Part shown: piece after piece, positions 25,601 to 38,303 of the stretch
How positions within the stretch are numbered: position 1 is the stretch's first letter
Layout of the letters: each line of letters opens with the position of its first letter
Assembly (NCBI GenBank): GCA_002189035.1
Contig: NEEC01000012.1
Span: 2,852,001 to 2,916,000 of the forward strand
Reading direction: 5' to 3'
Length of the DNA: 64,000 nucleotides
DNA from: Utricularia gibba
Lineage: Eukaryota > Plantae > Magnoliophyta
Made by a program: the position numbers and the translations under genes
Notes under the pieces: model-generated
Told to the model about the DNA's origin: nothing
Seen by the model: the letters and a program-made list of their open reading frames with translations, nothing else
Databases searched by the model: none

Positions 25601-28600
25601 TGGTGAATGCGTCTGAAGGTTCATTGTATCTGTGGCCATTTTGATAAAATACAACCACAATCCAACTGCATTTTAAGTCTAGGATTATACGGTTGATATG
25701 GCCTCTGTCAGTGATGTATACATCACCCGGTTAAATGACCTGTCCCCATTTTTCAGTGGCCACATTGCAATTAAAAAAGAATCAAGATCATGCTGATGAG
25801 TCCGTGCCACTTGAAGCTAATCCATCGAACCATTCAAGAGAAAGGTGCAGGTCCTCAGGCATGAGAATGAAGGGATCTCTATTATCAGAAGGTGCATCAC
25901 GTAGAACATCAAAGCCTAGGAAACGTGCAGATTTTGATGATGGGTCCGTCCTTGAGGATAAGCAGGATCCTGAGAGTCCTATCACCAAAACATCAAGAAA
26001 AATGAAAAAGATGCCAGTACCCAAGGTGAGAAACACTGTCCCACATCAATTTTGTGGAACTTTGTCCTGATTGAACTTATGAAAGTTAATCTTTGCGGTG
26101 CAGAAGAAAGAAGCTAATGATGATATTCTTTTCACAAGAATCCCACGGGTTGAGGTACTCTTTGTTTGGTTACAATCCACTTATTAATGATAACATGACT
26201 TTGGCATGCGTCTCTTCTGCAATCTTTCATCTTTTCAGTTATTTTTTTGAAAAAAAATTAAAAATTATGATTTATGTCTCGCTTTTCGAGTAGTTGAATT
26301 TGCTGCCGTTTTTCTTTAAATTTAAAACGATGAGGAGTGTTGTGGCTTCAAATTGGATTATTCTCCATCCTGATTTTTATCTCTAGCTCAAAAGGTCATT
26401 GATCTTAGTGGCATTCCTTCCTTCAGGCTATGGATTCGGGGAAGACAACAGTCAAGAGTAGGATACCCCCTCAAAGGGGATCACTGAATGTGACGAAAAT
26501 GCCTGAAAACTCGTGCAATGCTGATGCCTGGAAAGAGTCGGGCAACTCAGGACAATCTGCAGTACAGAATCTTGGGACTAACCAAGATACCTTGCCAACT
26601 AAATTGAGGTGCAAGCGTAAGATGGTTTCTAAAAAACCCGAGGCTCTAAAGGACTTGACGCTTTCTGATAAAAAAGCAAGTGAAAAGAGTTCTCTTCCTG
26701 AAATAGCGTCCATTCTCAAGGTTTGAACTTTAAATATTTTATCTCTGATTCACAGTCCTCTCCTTCCCTCGCTTTTTCTTCTAACCTAGTTGCATTGTTG
26801 TTCAAATATCGACTTCTAGTGTTCTCATTTTTTCTCTTTCTGGGCCAGAAAAAACTCTCCAGTTGTTTGTCAAACCAGCATCTTAGGAGATTTTGCACCT
26901 TCGAATGGTTCTACAGTGCCATCGATTATCCATGGTTTTCTAAAAGAGAGTTCAATGAATATCTGAATCATGTTGGACTGGGTCACGTGCCAAGATTAAC
27001 TCGCACTGAGTGGAGTTTCATAAGAAGGTACATAGACTACTGCATCTCTTGCAAGCCTTTTTTGTGATTAGACTTTGCACAGCCAAGATTAATACTCATT
27101 CTGATATTGAACAGTTCGTTGGGTAAACCAAGGAGATTCTCACAACAGTTCCTGAAGCAAGAAAAAGAGAAGCTTAATCAGTATCGAGATTCTGTTAGAA
27201 AACATTACACAGAGCTTCGAGAAGGTACTCGAGAAGGGCTACCAACCGACCTTGCTAGGCCGTTATCAGTGGGGCAACATGTCATTGCAATTCATCCAAA
27301 GACAAGAGATATTCATGATGGGAGTGTGCTTACTGTCGATGATTCTAGGTTTCATGTTCAGTTTTACCGCAGTGATCTGGGAGTTGAATTTGTGATGGTA
27401 ATTTAGAAGAATTATAATAGTTATATTTATGGCGAACTCTTTACAGGCAGTCAAGTGCTAGCTTCTTGCTAAGTGGTTTTTTTTGGTATAACTTGTAGCT
27501 TGTTTTTCGAGTTATTGTTTTTTATTTGATTTCTCTCTTCACAGGACATTGACTGCATGCCGTTGAATCCTATTGAAAACATGCCTGCCATGCTTGGGAG
27601 ATGGACTGCTTTCGCAGATAGATATTTTGAGGACAATGAACAGAAATCTGGTGGACGGGCAGAAGAGGACATGAAGGTTTCCCCTAGTAACAATCCTGAG
27701 AATACTGGTGGCGCTGCTCGTTTGTTACCGTTTGCTAATCATGATACTGCTTCATTGAAGGAGACAAAGGTTTGAGCTTTTCTCGTTTTAAATTTACAGT
27801 AAATTACAAGCAGATAGCACACACTGAGCCTAGAACCCCTGCTCAGGTCCAAGCTAAGGAAGCTGATGCTGAAGCCCTTGCGGAACTGGCTCGTGCACTC
27901 GATAAGAAGGTAGCATTGTACATACCCGTCTATATGTTTCATCTCTTCAAAGTTAGTTAGGGATCCTCTACAATTTAGTAGTAAAATCTGGTACACATGA
28001 CAAGGATTTTTCATACAGGAAGTCATTGTTGCTGAGCTAAGGCTCATGAATGATGATGTGGTGGAAAGCCAAAAGGATGGTGGTAGCTCTTTGAAAGACG
28101 AGGAGACATTTAAAAAGCAGTACGCTGCAGTTTTGATGCTGTTGAATGAAGCCAATGAACAGGTATACACACATGCATCTTTGTTAAAGCAAACAGACAC
28201 ATTGTCTTAAAAATGGCTTGTTCCCTTCTCCATTTCATTCCGCAGGTTTCTTCTGCTCTCTGTCACTTACGCCGGCGCAACACTTACCTAGAAACTCGAC
28301 AACCAGCAAGTCCTGCAGCCAATCTTGCTGATAATACTGGGACGAGGGACCCTTTTGATCGCTCAGGGGATGAAGCAAGATCCCATGTAGATGACATCAT
28401 GGATAGCTCACGCACAAAGGCCCAAATGATGCTCGACGCTGCAATCCAGGTACTCTGAATGTTGGTTTTATACTGTTGATGGTCGCCCTTATCAATATCA
28501 TGCATATGCAGGCAATGTCATCCCTCAAGAACAGGAATGACAACAATGAGAAAATTGAGGAAGTAATAGATTATGTGAACGACCGGCTTCCCTCTGATGA

Positions 28601-29016
28601 AACCTGCAGACAAGTTGTATGTTCATTGTGTATGATCATTCCCATTGCAGGCCTTAATTCGTGAAACGTATGATGTTGCAGGTTAGGGATCAGCAATCCG
28701 TGAATTCGCCCAAAGTTGTGGCTCAGTATCCCTACGACCTGATCATGAAGTGCATAGCAACCATGGTGATGATTCAGGTGAGCTCGGAATCTGAATGAGA
28801 ACCTATCACTTTATTCCTCTCATCTTTCTTACGACTTTCCCATGGCCCCAGAAATGCACTGAGAGGCAATTCCCACCATCCGATGTAGCTCAGATTCTGG
28901 ACTACGCCGTCACAAGTTTGCGGCCACGCAGCTCACAGAACCTGCCCATTTACACCGATATACAGAAATGCTTTGGCATCATAAAGAACCAAATACTGGC
29001 ACTTATCCCGACGTAG
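22640..29016 (+). CDS. ALY: ALWAYS EARLY protein (LIN9 homologue; SANT and DIRP domains), about 20 exons
   Basis: [90 protein letters not shown] and C-terminal [11 protein letters not shown]. Exons join in frame via GT-AG introns. Confidence 0.95.
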
Positions 29017-29664
29017 CCGCCATCACTCCATGCTGTAACGAGTGCTCACACTTCCACTTGGTTCATGGGTAGAGTCATAAAGGTGCGCTTCTTGTGAGGC
29101 AAAATTGAGTTCACCCTGTCCCTCAGGTTCAGTTCCTGCCTGAATCAATCACCCGGCATTTTTTCCATTGTACTGAGACATGGAGGAAGGCTAATGCAAT
29201 GATTTTTACGAAGGTAATTGAATAGTTGAATGCTGCACCCAGTCAGTCAGCAGCATATAAAAGGAATTAATGATATGACAAATAAGCACTTTGATTACAA
29301 AAAGTACAACCTCACCAAGATTTCCATTCAAGCAAAAAGCTTCTGCACAGGGAATTCAAGGTAGAGAATAGGAAACAATGCTCAGGATTAGACATAACTA
29401 AGGAAAAAGAACCGCAATATCCTCAAACGCTCCCCCCGCTCTCCCCTTATTCCTTTTTACAAAAGTTTTTTTCCCCTCTTTTTTTGTTCAATGTAACTTG
29501 GGGGGTTGGGGGGCGATGGCCACTCAGGTAGAGGAGATTAGTTTCAGGACCCTGAACTCCACTCAGCTTTTCCTCAGTCGTCTGCAAATTAAACTAAGCA
29601 TAGCCACGAGGCCAATCCAAACGTGTACATGAAGAATCTATTGTGGGATCTGAGGTTCCATCGT

Positions 29665-32600
29665 TTAGCTACCCAGGAGAAACCGAAACACATCAGTCAG
29701 TGAAACAATACCTTCTACACGCTTGCTTCCAGCTTCAACGATGATGAGCCGTCTGACACCTGAAAAAAGAAAATTTATGCTCCAGGGAGTGTTTGTCTAT
29801 GTGGTAAAGAATGGGAAGTGGCTAGGGTAACGGTAACCTGGCTGGGATAATTTCTCCAACACCTTGTGAAGTGGATCAGTGCGCAAGCACATATGGCACC
29901 TCTGATTATGGTATCCATAGGGTGAAAAGGGATCATCTCTGTACTGCAATGCCTGGAGATAAGAATGAGCACTCTATAAGACATGCAATAGAAAAAGCTA
30001 CAAAAGATGAGCTGCAACAAATTATGTTTGTAGTATATTTTACATCGAATGTTGCATAAGAGTACAACTAATCTAAAGCAAATCAAATATGTTTACTTGA
30101 TGAATCGTGGTCTCTTCAAGATTAATGTGCGTATAAATCCTGTCCTTTGCCAACGAAGTTATATCACTGCAGAACCAAACGGATTTGAATCAATGTAGTG
30201 ATTAGGGTAACAAGATGCTTAACACAAGGCACTAATTGCAGCTCAAGAAGGTACTTGCCTTCGAGAATACACATCCACTAAGGAGTCATTATCATCAACA
30301 ATAGGGATCGAACTAACTTGAGCTGTGATGGAATGCACCATACCATAAGCAGATTCAACTTCAACATCATATGAAAATTGCGGGAAAAAGCAGATGGACA
30401 ATAAAAAAGAATTGCTTGGAGTCAGTTTGGATCGCCATTTAATTGGAAAAATATTCTTATATACCTTGAATTAACAAATTTAGACCCGCACTTAGTGATG
30501 CATTTGATCTCATGATAGCCAGAGGTCGTTGGTTTGGCTCCCCGATCTTTGGTGCCCAAGAGCCTAAAGGAACTGCCGACAGTGGGAATTGAAGCACCGA
30601 GAGTGAACTTGGTGAATGCTTAAAGAATCTGCAAATACCTGTAAAGCAGTTTTATCAAATCAAAAGTTTTTCAAGATTAGAGATCTACCAACGCAGCATC
30701 TTGCATATCCTTACATTTTAGTACCCCAGAAAGTGAAGCTAGATGCAGCAGATGAGGGTTTGAGCCATCAACTGATGAAGAATGAAGAATTGGAATTGTG
30801 GAAAACCCACTTTGCAGGATCTTCAAAACAACTTTCTCCAGACTGTCATCAGGTCCGGCCTGAAAATCACCACCACAAGGCAAGGACCAGTTAAGTTACA
30901 GATTCAAGATCATATGTGTGCTGCCTCCAACACTCATGCAGTTCCGTAACTCACATATGCAAGCCCTCTTGAAATAACTCGACCTACACCATTCATTTGG
31001 CTGCTTAGGTAAGACTTTGCTTCCTTCCAAGCAGAGATTGTGTGTGTTTCAAGCTCCTCCTCTGTTAAATTGGACCCATGCCTTCTAAGCTGCCACTCAT
31101 CAAGAATAGTGACAAAATCAAATACAGACTTCCACGTAATTGATGAGGTTCCAGGATATAAAAAAATCAAAATAAAAATAAGCTTGTTATTCTCTTAAAT
31201 ATTTCCTTGCACCCCATTTTTGGGTGTGCGTGCAGAAATGAGAGAACGCATGAACAAAGGGGTTTGGATTTAAACAGAGAAAATTCTGTGGGACAGAATA
31301 ATTCCCTTACCATTCATGTCTATGTCGAGAATTCAAGGGAGCAACACATTGGGTGTCACATTTGACAGGAATTAGAGTGCCATTCATTTATTTATATGCA
31401 TTATCAAGAATAAGTGGGAGCAATAGGCAATCACCCATCTGACATTCTTTATATGTACCATGTCACTGCAACTGATACTACGTAAATACATGATTTATTA
31501 CATGCATCGTCATAAGTAGGTTGCAACAATTAGATCAGAAATCTATACGATGCAACGGCATACAACTTTCAATTATCAATACACTATAAGGCTCTCACAG
31601 AAAAAAATGAAGAAATAGAAACTATACCTCCTTCATGATTAAAATAAAATCCTCTGCACTGAGAACTCCCACAAATTTCCCCTTTGAGAAATCCCACAAG
31701 GGAGCCATCGAGATTCCCTTGAGATTTAAAAAAAGAAGAAGAAAAAATGAGGACACTGCAAATCAACGAGTATGTTTGCAGGCGTAAATGTTGACATGGA
31801 ATACAAGCATAGCATCAGCAATGCGATGTACATTACATACTTGTTCATGAAAAATATGAAAGGCTTGTTTTATAGGTAGTTCCACGTCCAAAGCAATAAC
31901 CTGAAAACAGATCAAACAGAAGAAAAAAATCTTAAACTCACATGTAATAATACAATATTATAAAATAGACTGGGCACCTTTCCAGATTCAGGAAGCAACT
32001 CAAAGGCAAAGTGCTTTGACAAAAACTCCGCAACACGCTCTCTAGAGTTCCTCAGATCTGGTTTTGATATCATTGGAGAAGATTCAGGTGACATGGTATC
32101 CGAAACTCGGACCTGAGATGACAAAAATAGAAAAATACATGAAAACGTTGGTGCACCTTAATTGTTGAAAACAATATACACAAAATCACATGAAACTGGG
32201 GGTAAAAGACTCAATTTTTCCTCCTAGATTGTCGTCATTGCAGGAAAATATCATGAGATAAAATAACTAAGAGGCTTTCATACCGATTGCTGGAAAACCT
32301 CGCTTTCCACATCCATACTTGAAACAGGACCTGATGGGGACATCTGTGGACTTAGCATTGCTTGACGATGCTCAGATTCGTGTGTCAAGAGGATGGTATT
32401 CACTGTCCCAATGTTACTAGTTATGAAAGGATGGTGTTCATCATGTCTCCATTCACCATCTACCACAAATTTGAACTGCAGAACACGCTACCAACATTAC
32501 TGACGATCAAAGAAACTCTGCCTATGACGATTAATAACAAATTCACATTGCATGTGTTGAACTTGTTCTCCTCGTGGCTTTGTTTCACAGATTATATGAA

Positions 32601-33180
32601 TTCTATGACTTCCTTTATAATTCATAGGAACAAATGCAATTCGAGATAAAAACCTGATTTTCGAACACTAAATAAAACAAGCTCATCCAACAAAACCAAG
32701 AACACACAACTCCCGCCAAGAGCAGGTAAATCTCACCCAAAAAATTCATGAAATATAAAAACCAGTTCATCTCTCTGGATACCAAATTCGCATACCATGT
32801 CAATTTAAAACTGTTCAAAAGTAAAAATAATGACAAGCAACAATAAAACAATGCAAAAATCTCAACCATAAAAAGAACCTGATGATAACCAGGCGGAAGA
32901 CTACAAATTGTCTGAAATACTGTAGGGCAGCCTTCAATGGGCGTCATTGGCCACTGCGTCCACCTGAAAATTTACCATGAATGATAGTTTCAAGTATTCA
33001 AGTTAGCCAAGGGCAGACAAAAATCTAGCCCCCAGATATACCAGCATCAATTATCGTGAAGGCATACCCTGTAAACGAGCCACTGATATACACCGCCCTC
33101 CCGCCATACGGCCACACAAATCGATATGGAATCAAAACCATTCCACTTTCACGAGGATAATCCGCCGTAAGAGGAGACAT
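29665..33180 (-). CDS. SNF4: SNF4/AKINbetagamma SnRK1 subunit (carbohydrate-binding module and CBS domains)
   Basis: [75 protein letters not shown] and [27 protein letters not shown]. All exons in frame; one GC-AG intron (30258-30167). Confidence 0.95.
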
Positions 33181-34115
33181 TCACTTCAAAAAAATCCCAG
33201 ATTTCCCAAGAAGCATTCGCTAATTACAAATATTCAACAGTACATGCGTATCAAACAACAATTGGAAGGACCCGAAAGCCCACCAAAATGAACACACCCT
33301 CGTTTCGCTCGCACAACCAAAAATCCAACTTCACGCCCCACAATTCAATACACCCGAATCCATACAAGACACAACCGCTACACCGACAAAGCTGAAGAAA
33401 GAGACAGCAAGGAGCGCCAATAATCAAAAACCACACATAGGACGAAACAATTACACGCCCAGTTGAAAGCTGACAACAGCAACCCCAAAAGTCGCCATGA
33501 ATCTCAAACACTCAACAGCAATAATCACCGGAAAACAGCTCGCGGAGGAGAAATTCCTCTGCCCTAACCCTAAATTCTCTCGATGTCCGGAATCATATTG
33601 GGGAAAGGCTCTCCATCCCATTTCGTGCGCAAATAAGAATTGAGAGTAGAAATCATTTGTGGGTCCCATTAATTTTCCATTTTTTATTTGTAGATTCTTT
33701 TTCAGTTGTCGAGTCAGCATTCAATGCCTTTCTGGCCTTCTTTCCTTTTTTAAATAATTGTATTAATTAATTAAATTTCGAATTAATTCCTACAAAAAGT
33801 CAATTAAATCCTTCAGCAAGATGCAGGTAGAATTTATGTATCACTATTTTTCAATATGAATAAAAAATTTTAATTTAGAATTTATATTTCGTTCAGATAA
33901 ACATATTATAATATTTTATTATATATTTAATTAAATATTATCCTAAAATAATGATTGAAGTGGTAATGGACACTGTTGGGGGGAACTTCTCAAAATAAAA
34001 AATTAAAAAAAAACAGTTGCAGTAAATGAGCAACGGCCAAAAGTTAACGGTGGGCGGCCGCATCTGAGTTCAGTTTCAAATTTGAGGGTTTGAACTCCGT
34101 CCTGCAATTCTCTCG

Positions 34116-35508
34116 ATGGAAAGCTCTGATTCGGCTTCATCTGTTCCTCTTCCGCCTGCCTCTGAGGTATGAATTCTGGGTTCTCCATTCATATGTCGAT
34201 TTTCGTGCTCTTATCTCACTGCATCTGCATTTCGTTTTTTTTACACAGAAAAAGGAGAATCTGCCCCTTCCGAGTCCTAAGATTTCGGTAATGTGAATTG
34301 GTTCGGAGGGTTGTTGTGGATTCGAGATTCTGTGTGTTTGTTGAACGTGGGTTTTGCAGGAATTGGCTGAGTCGAGGCAGGAGCTAGTCGACAGGATAGC
34401 GAAGCTGAAGCAGGTCCGTGTTTGTGAAAGCATCGTTTTTTCACTTTTTCAAACTTAGAGAGTTTTAGAATATTGCAGTTTTATGGGGTGATCTGTAATG
34501 ACGCTCATAATTGTTCTGCATCCGCTTCCAGGACTTGCAAAGTTGGAGAACGAGGCTAGATTCTCAAGTTAATGTCTATCGTAATGTAAGACGGTCTATT
34601 TTCACTGGAAATGTCTGATAAGCTGTCTTCTTTTGAGATTTCTTTGGATCTAGTTTTCATTTGATGTTTTATTAGCATTACCCTGGACCTTCAGACCTTG
34701 AATAATGAAAATAAATGATTTCAACATGGGGTTTTGCAGAAGCATGTGCTACTTTTGTTCCTTTTCTCAAATCTCTATGCTTGGTTGTTGGATAGAGAAG
34801 CCGATGTTAAAGTTCTGTTTAGGAGAGTTTGTGCGCCAAACAGGAGCCTTTGTTCTAAAAAAAAAGAGTATAGCTGACTGCTTTTTCCTTTTTAACAAGC
34901 TGCAAAACTCCAGTTTCTGATTTATTCCAACTTACCAAAAAGTGCTTTTAGAGTTAAATACTTTGGATTATAACATTTGGATCTATTGCCATTATAATAA
35001 CCAAAGAGAGTCTTCGTGTTTGGATAATGAAATGTGGGTCATGGTTGCATAGTTCTCCCACTCAGCTACCAATGGAGCCTCTTTCAATAGTTCATGATTG
35101 GATGTTGTCTATTGCGATACCTACTTGCTTCTGCATATTGTAGGAGCTCTCAGAACTGAAGAATTCCCTGAACACTGAAGTAGACCAGCTTCGAACTGTA
35201 GGTGTTCATTCTCACGATGCTTAGCATCATCTTCTTTGCTGAAATCACTCAACATCTGGTTCTGTGCCTCAGGAGTTTCAACAACTCAGAGATACTCTCC
35301 AACAGCAGCAAGAAGATGTTTCAGCCAGCCTTAGAAACCTGGGGGTTTGTTCTTGTGCAAAACCATAAATCTTCAATCATCTGTCCAACCTATCATTCAT
35401 CTCTCCATTCTTTTCCAAATTGTGTTGCAGCTTCATGAGGAGCATGGAGAAAACAAGGCACCTGAAGATCCCAAAGTTTCTGATACTTCAGAAACCACTC
35501 ATCTTTAG
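34116..35508 (+). CDS. small plant coiled-coil protein; 6 exons, 120 aa (absent from the ORF track)
   Basis: Exons 34116-34166, 34360-34413, 34532-34585, 35144-35197, 35273-35344 and 35431-35508, all phase-0 GT-AG. ELAESRQELVDRIAKLKQDLQSWRTRLDSQVNVYRNELSELKNSLNTEVDQLRTEFQQLRDTLQQQQEDVSASLRNLG is heptad-rich. Confidence 0.88.
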
Positions 35509-36143
35509 GTTCTTCCTCCTCATCTCACCTGCTATGTTGTGTTCTCAAAGCTCGCTATTTCATCCTCGCCATGTCCCAGTATTGATATGAATGACATCTC
35601 AACCCTAAATTAATGACGTAAATATTTGTATTATTATTTATTTTTTAAAAAAAGATGATGATGGGTGGATATTTTGTTTGCATGTGCATGATAAGAAACT
35701 TTCCTCATCATGGTATGTTAGGGGAGCATATGCATTGAATTTTCAATTTTTTAAGATTATTTTATAAATAAAATTGCATTTAAATTTTAGAAGTTTTAAA
35801 TTATTGCATATATGGTAATAAAAACAATTATTTATTATAAATCGTATGATATTATACTGTATGGTTTGCCAATTTGGAAAATAAATAATTTAAATTGGAA
35901 TTAAATTTAATAAATGGGGGCAAAGATATTCTGATTTTTTGAGATATTTGGAATAAAAAAAGGAAAAGAACATTTAGTTGTCGACTCGTCGTTTAAAAGG
36001 CGGAGGCATGTATGTAGACGACTGCCATTTGCTTCCTTTTTCGTAACGTCAAACCCTCGAGCAGACGAGGGGCATTCGCCTCCGCATTTCCTCCGAACTT
36101 CACGCCGCGAAATCGATCGCATTTCCGAGCTAACGGGGCCGGA

Positions 36144-37508
36144 ATGGGCATGCTAGATCGGGTGCTCAGCCGCCGTCGGGAGTGTTTTCTTAAGAGGGGT
36201 GGGCTCACGCTTCTCTGCTTCGTTCTCACTATCCTAGTTTTGCGGGAGAATTTCGGAGCCGGGAGATGCGGTACCACGGAGAAGGATCTCGATGAGACCC
36301 GGGAAACCTTCTCCTATATCCACCGCCGAGCCCAGCCTCGCCGTATTTTGGAGGTATCCGAGGTGGAGCGGAAATCGGGTGGTGGGAGTAATGGCTATGC
36401 TGACTTTGATGTAGGGAAGATTTTCAAGGATGAGGATGATGGGGTCGAGGAATTCAAGAGGGATTCGTCTTTTCCGTACACTCTGGGTCCAAAGATCTCT
36501 GAATGGGACCAGCAGAGGGGTGAATGGCTGAAGAAGAATCCTGGGTTTCCCAATTTCTTAGGTAATGACACGCCTCGGGTTTTGTTGGTTACAGGTTCCT
36601 CACCCAAGCCGTGCGAGAATCCTGTAGGTGATCATTACTTGTTGAAGTCGATAAAGAACAAGATTGATTACTGTAGGGTTCATGGGATTGAGATTTTCTA
36701 CAACATGGCTTTGTTCGACGCTGAAATGTCTGGTTTCTGGGCTAAGCTGCCGTTGATTCGAAAGCTTTTGCTTTCTCATCCAGAGGTGGAGTTCTTGTGG
36801 TGGATGGATAGTGACGCAATGTTCACTGATATGGCATTTGAGTTGCCATGGGAGAGATACAAGGATAAAAATCTAGTTATGCACGGTTGGAATGAGATGG
36901 TTTATGATCAAAAGAACTGGATCGGTTTAAACACTGGGAGTTTCTTGTTGAGAAACTGCCAATGGTCATTGGATCTTCTCGATACATTGGCTCCTATGGG
37001 GCCAAAGGGAAAAGTTAGAGACGAAGCTGGAAAGATTCTGACAAGAGAGCTTAAAGGAAGGCCTGTTTTTGAGGCTGATGATCAGAGTGCCATGGTTTAC
37101 ATACTTGCAACACAGAAGGAGAAATGGGCGGAAAAGGTTTATCTTGAAAACGCTTACTATTTGCATGGATACTGGGGAATTTTGGTTGATCGATATGAAG
37201 AGATGATCGAGAACTATCACCCTGGCCTCGGCGATCACAGATGGCCACTTGTCACTCACTTTGTGGGGTGCAAGCCTTGCGCCAAGTTTGGGGATTATCC
37301 AGTGGAGAGATGCTTAAAGCAGATGGAACGTGCGTTCAACTTTGGGGATAACCAGATTCTACAAATGTATGGTTTCACCCACAAATCACTTTCTAGTAGG
37401 AAGGTGATTCGGTTCAGGAACGATACCAGCAGTCCTCTTCAACTCAAGGATGAACTTGGTTTGCTTCATCCTTCATTCAAAGCTCTAAATGTGCGAACCG
37501 GGAGTTGA
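36144..37508 (+). CDS. XXT2: xyloglucan 6-xylosyltransferase (GT34, XXT1/XXT2-like)
   Basis: Intronless 454 aa type II membrane protein with LVTGSSPKPCENPVGDHYLLKSIKNKIDYCR, WWMDSDAMFTDM, FEADDQSA and THFVGCKPC. Confidence 0.93.
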   Translation: MGMLDRVLSRRRECFLKRGGLTLLCFVLTILVLRENFGAGRCGTTEKDLDETRETFSYIHRRAQPRRILEVSEVERKSGGGSNGYADFDVGKIFKDEDDGVEEFKRDSSFPYTLGPKISEWDQQRGEWLKKNPGFPNFLGNDTPRVLLVTGSSPKPCENPVGDHYLLKSIKNKIDYCRVHGIEIFYNMALFDAEMSGFWAKLPLIRKLLLSHPEVEFLWWMDSDAMFTDMAFELPWERYKDKNLVMHGWNEMVYDQKNWIGLNTGSFLLRNCQWSLDLLDTLAPMGPKGKVRDEAGKILTRELKGRPVFEADDQSAMVYILATQKEKWAEKVYLENAYYLHGYWGILVDRYEEMIENYHPGLGDHRWPLVTHFVGCKPCAKFGDYPVERCLKQMERAFNFGDNQILQMYGFTHKSLSSRKVIRFRNDTSSPLQLKDELGLLHPSFKALNVRTGS

Positions 37509-38303
37509 TCTCACGTGTTGCTTAAATGAAATGCTTCAGAAAAGCACTTTCTTATTTATTACTTGTTAGAGATTTCAAGCCCATAGTTTTACACTCAAAA
37601 TTTTTGTTTTGAGTTTCTTCGTGTTAAAATTCAATTATTTGCAATGCCTCTCGCAGTTCTAGACTGGCAAAGCAAGAACTCATTAAAAGATAATCGACTG
37701 ATTCTTTAGGATCTGGTCGAAGGGGTGTGAACTAGGGAGTGCTTGTTCAAAGTATTTTCTAGTTGACAGATTAACGGCATTTATGAGGCCACCTGCTTAT
37801 GATCTCAGAGTCAAGAATGCTGATCACACTCCTTTGTTGAGATCGCTGTCATTGTTTGGGGATTCAGAACATTGTGAAAATGCACGCACTGAGAGATCAA
37901 TCAAATTGAACATGAACAGCGTTGCATGCAGTGAATCCTGTATGATTTAAAATGGCTGTGTTACAACATAACAATGAAGTGAATGGTGCACTGTACAAAA
38001 TGAAGGCCAGCAACTCAACGCAGAATGAATGAGGGCATCTCCGGGTCATTTAGTCTATACCTAGACCTTAGATTAGTGGTTAGCATCAGAAATGAGCTAC
38101 TCAAGTATTTCCTCAATGATACAACTGCTTCTCTGTTGATTCAAATGGAAACTGTAACCAGTCTTGTATCCTGTGTGCCTTTTCCTGACCCTGGTCTGTG
38201 GTAACTTTTCCACAATCGATTGTGTGAAATGCCAAATGATGCGCCCAAAGCAAAGGCAGTGTCTGTTACCATTGAGAAATTCACCCCTTAGGCTTCACAT
38301 GTA

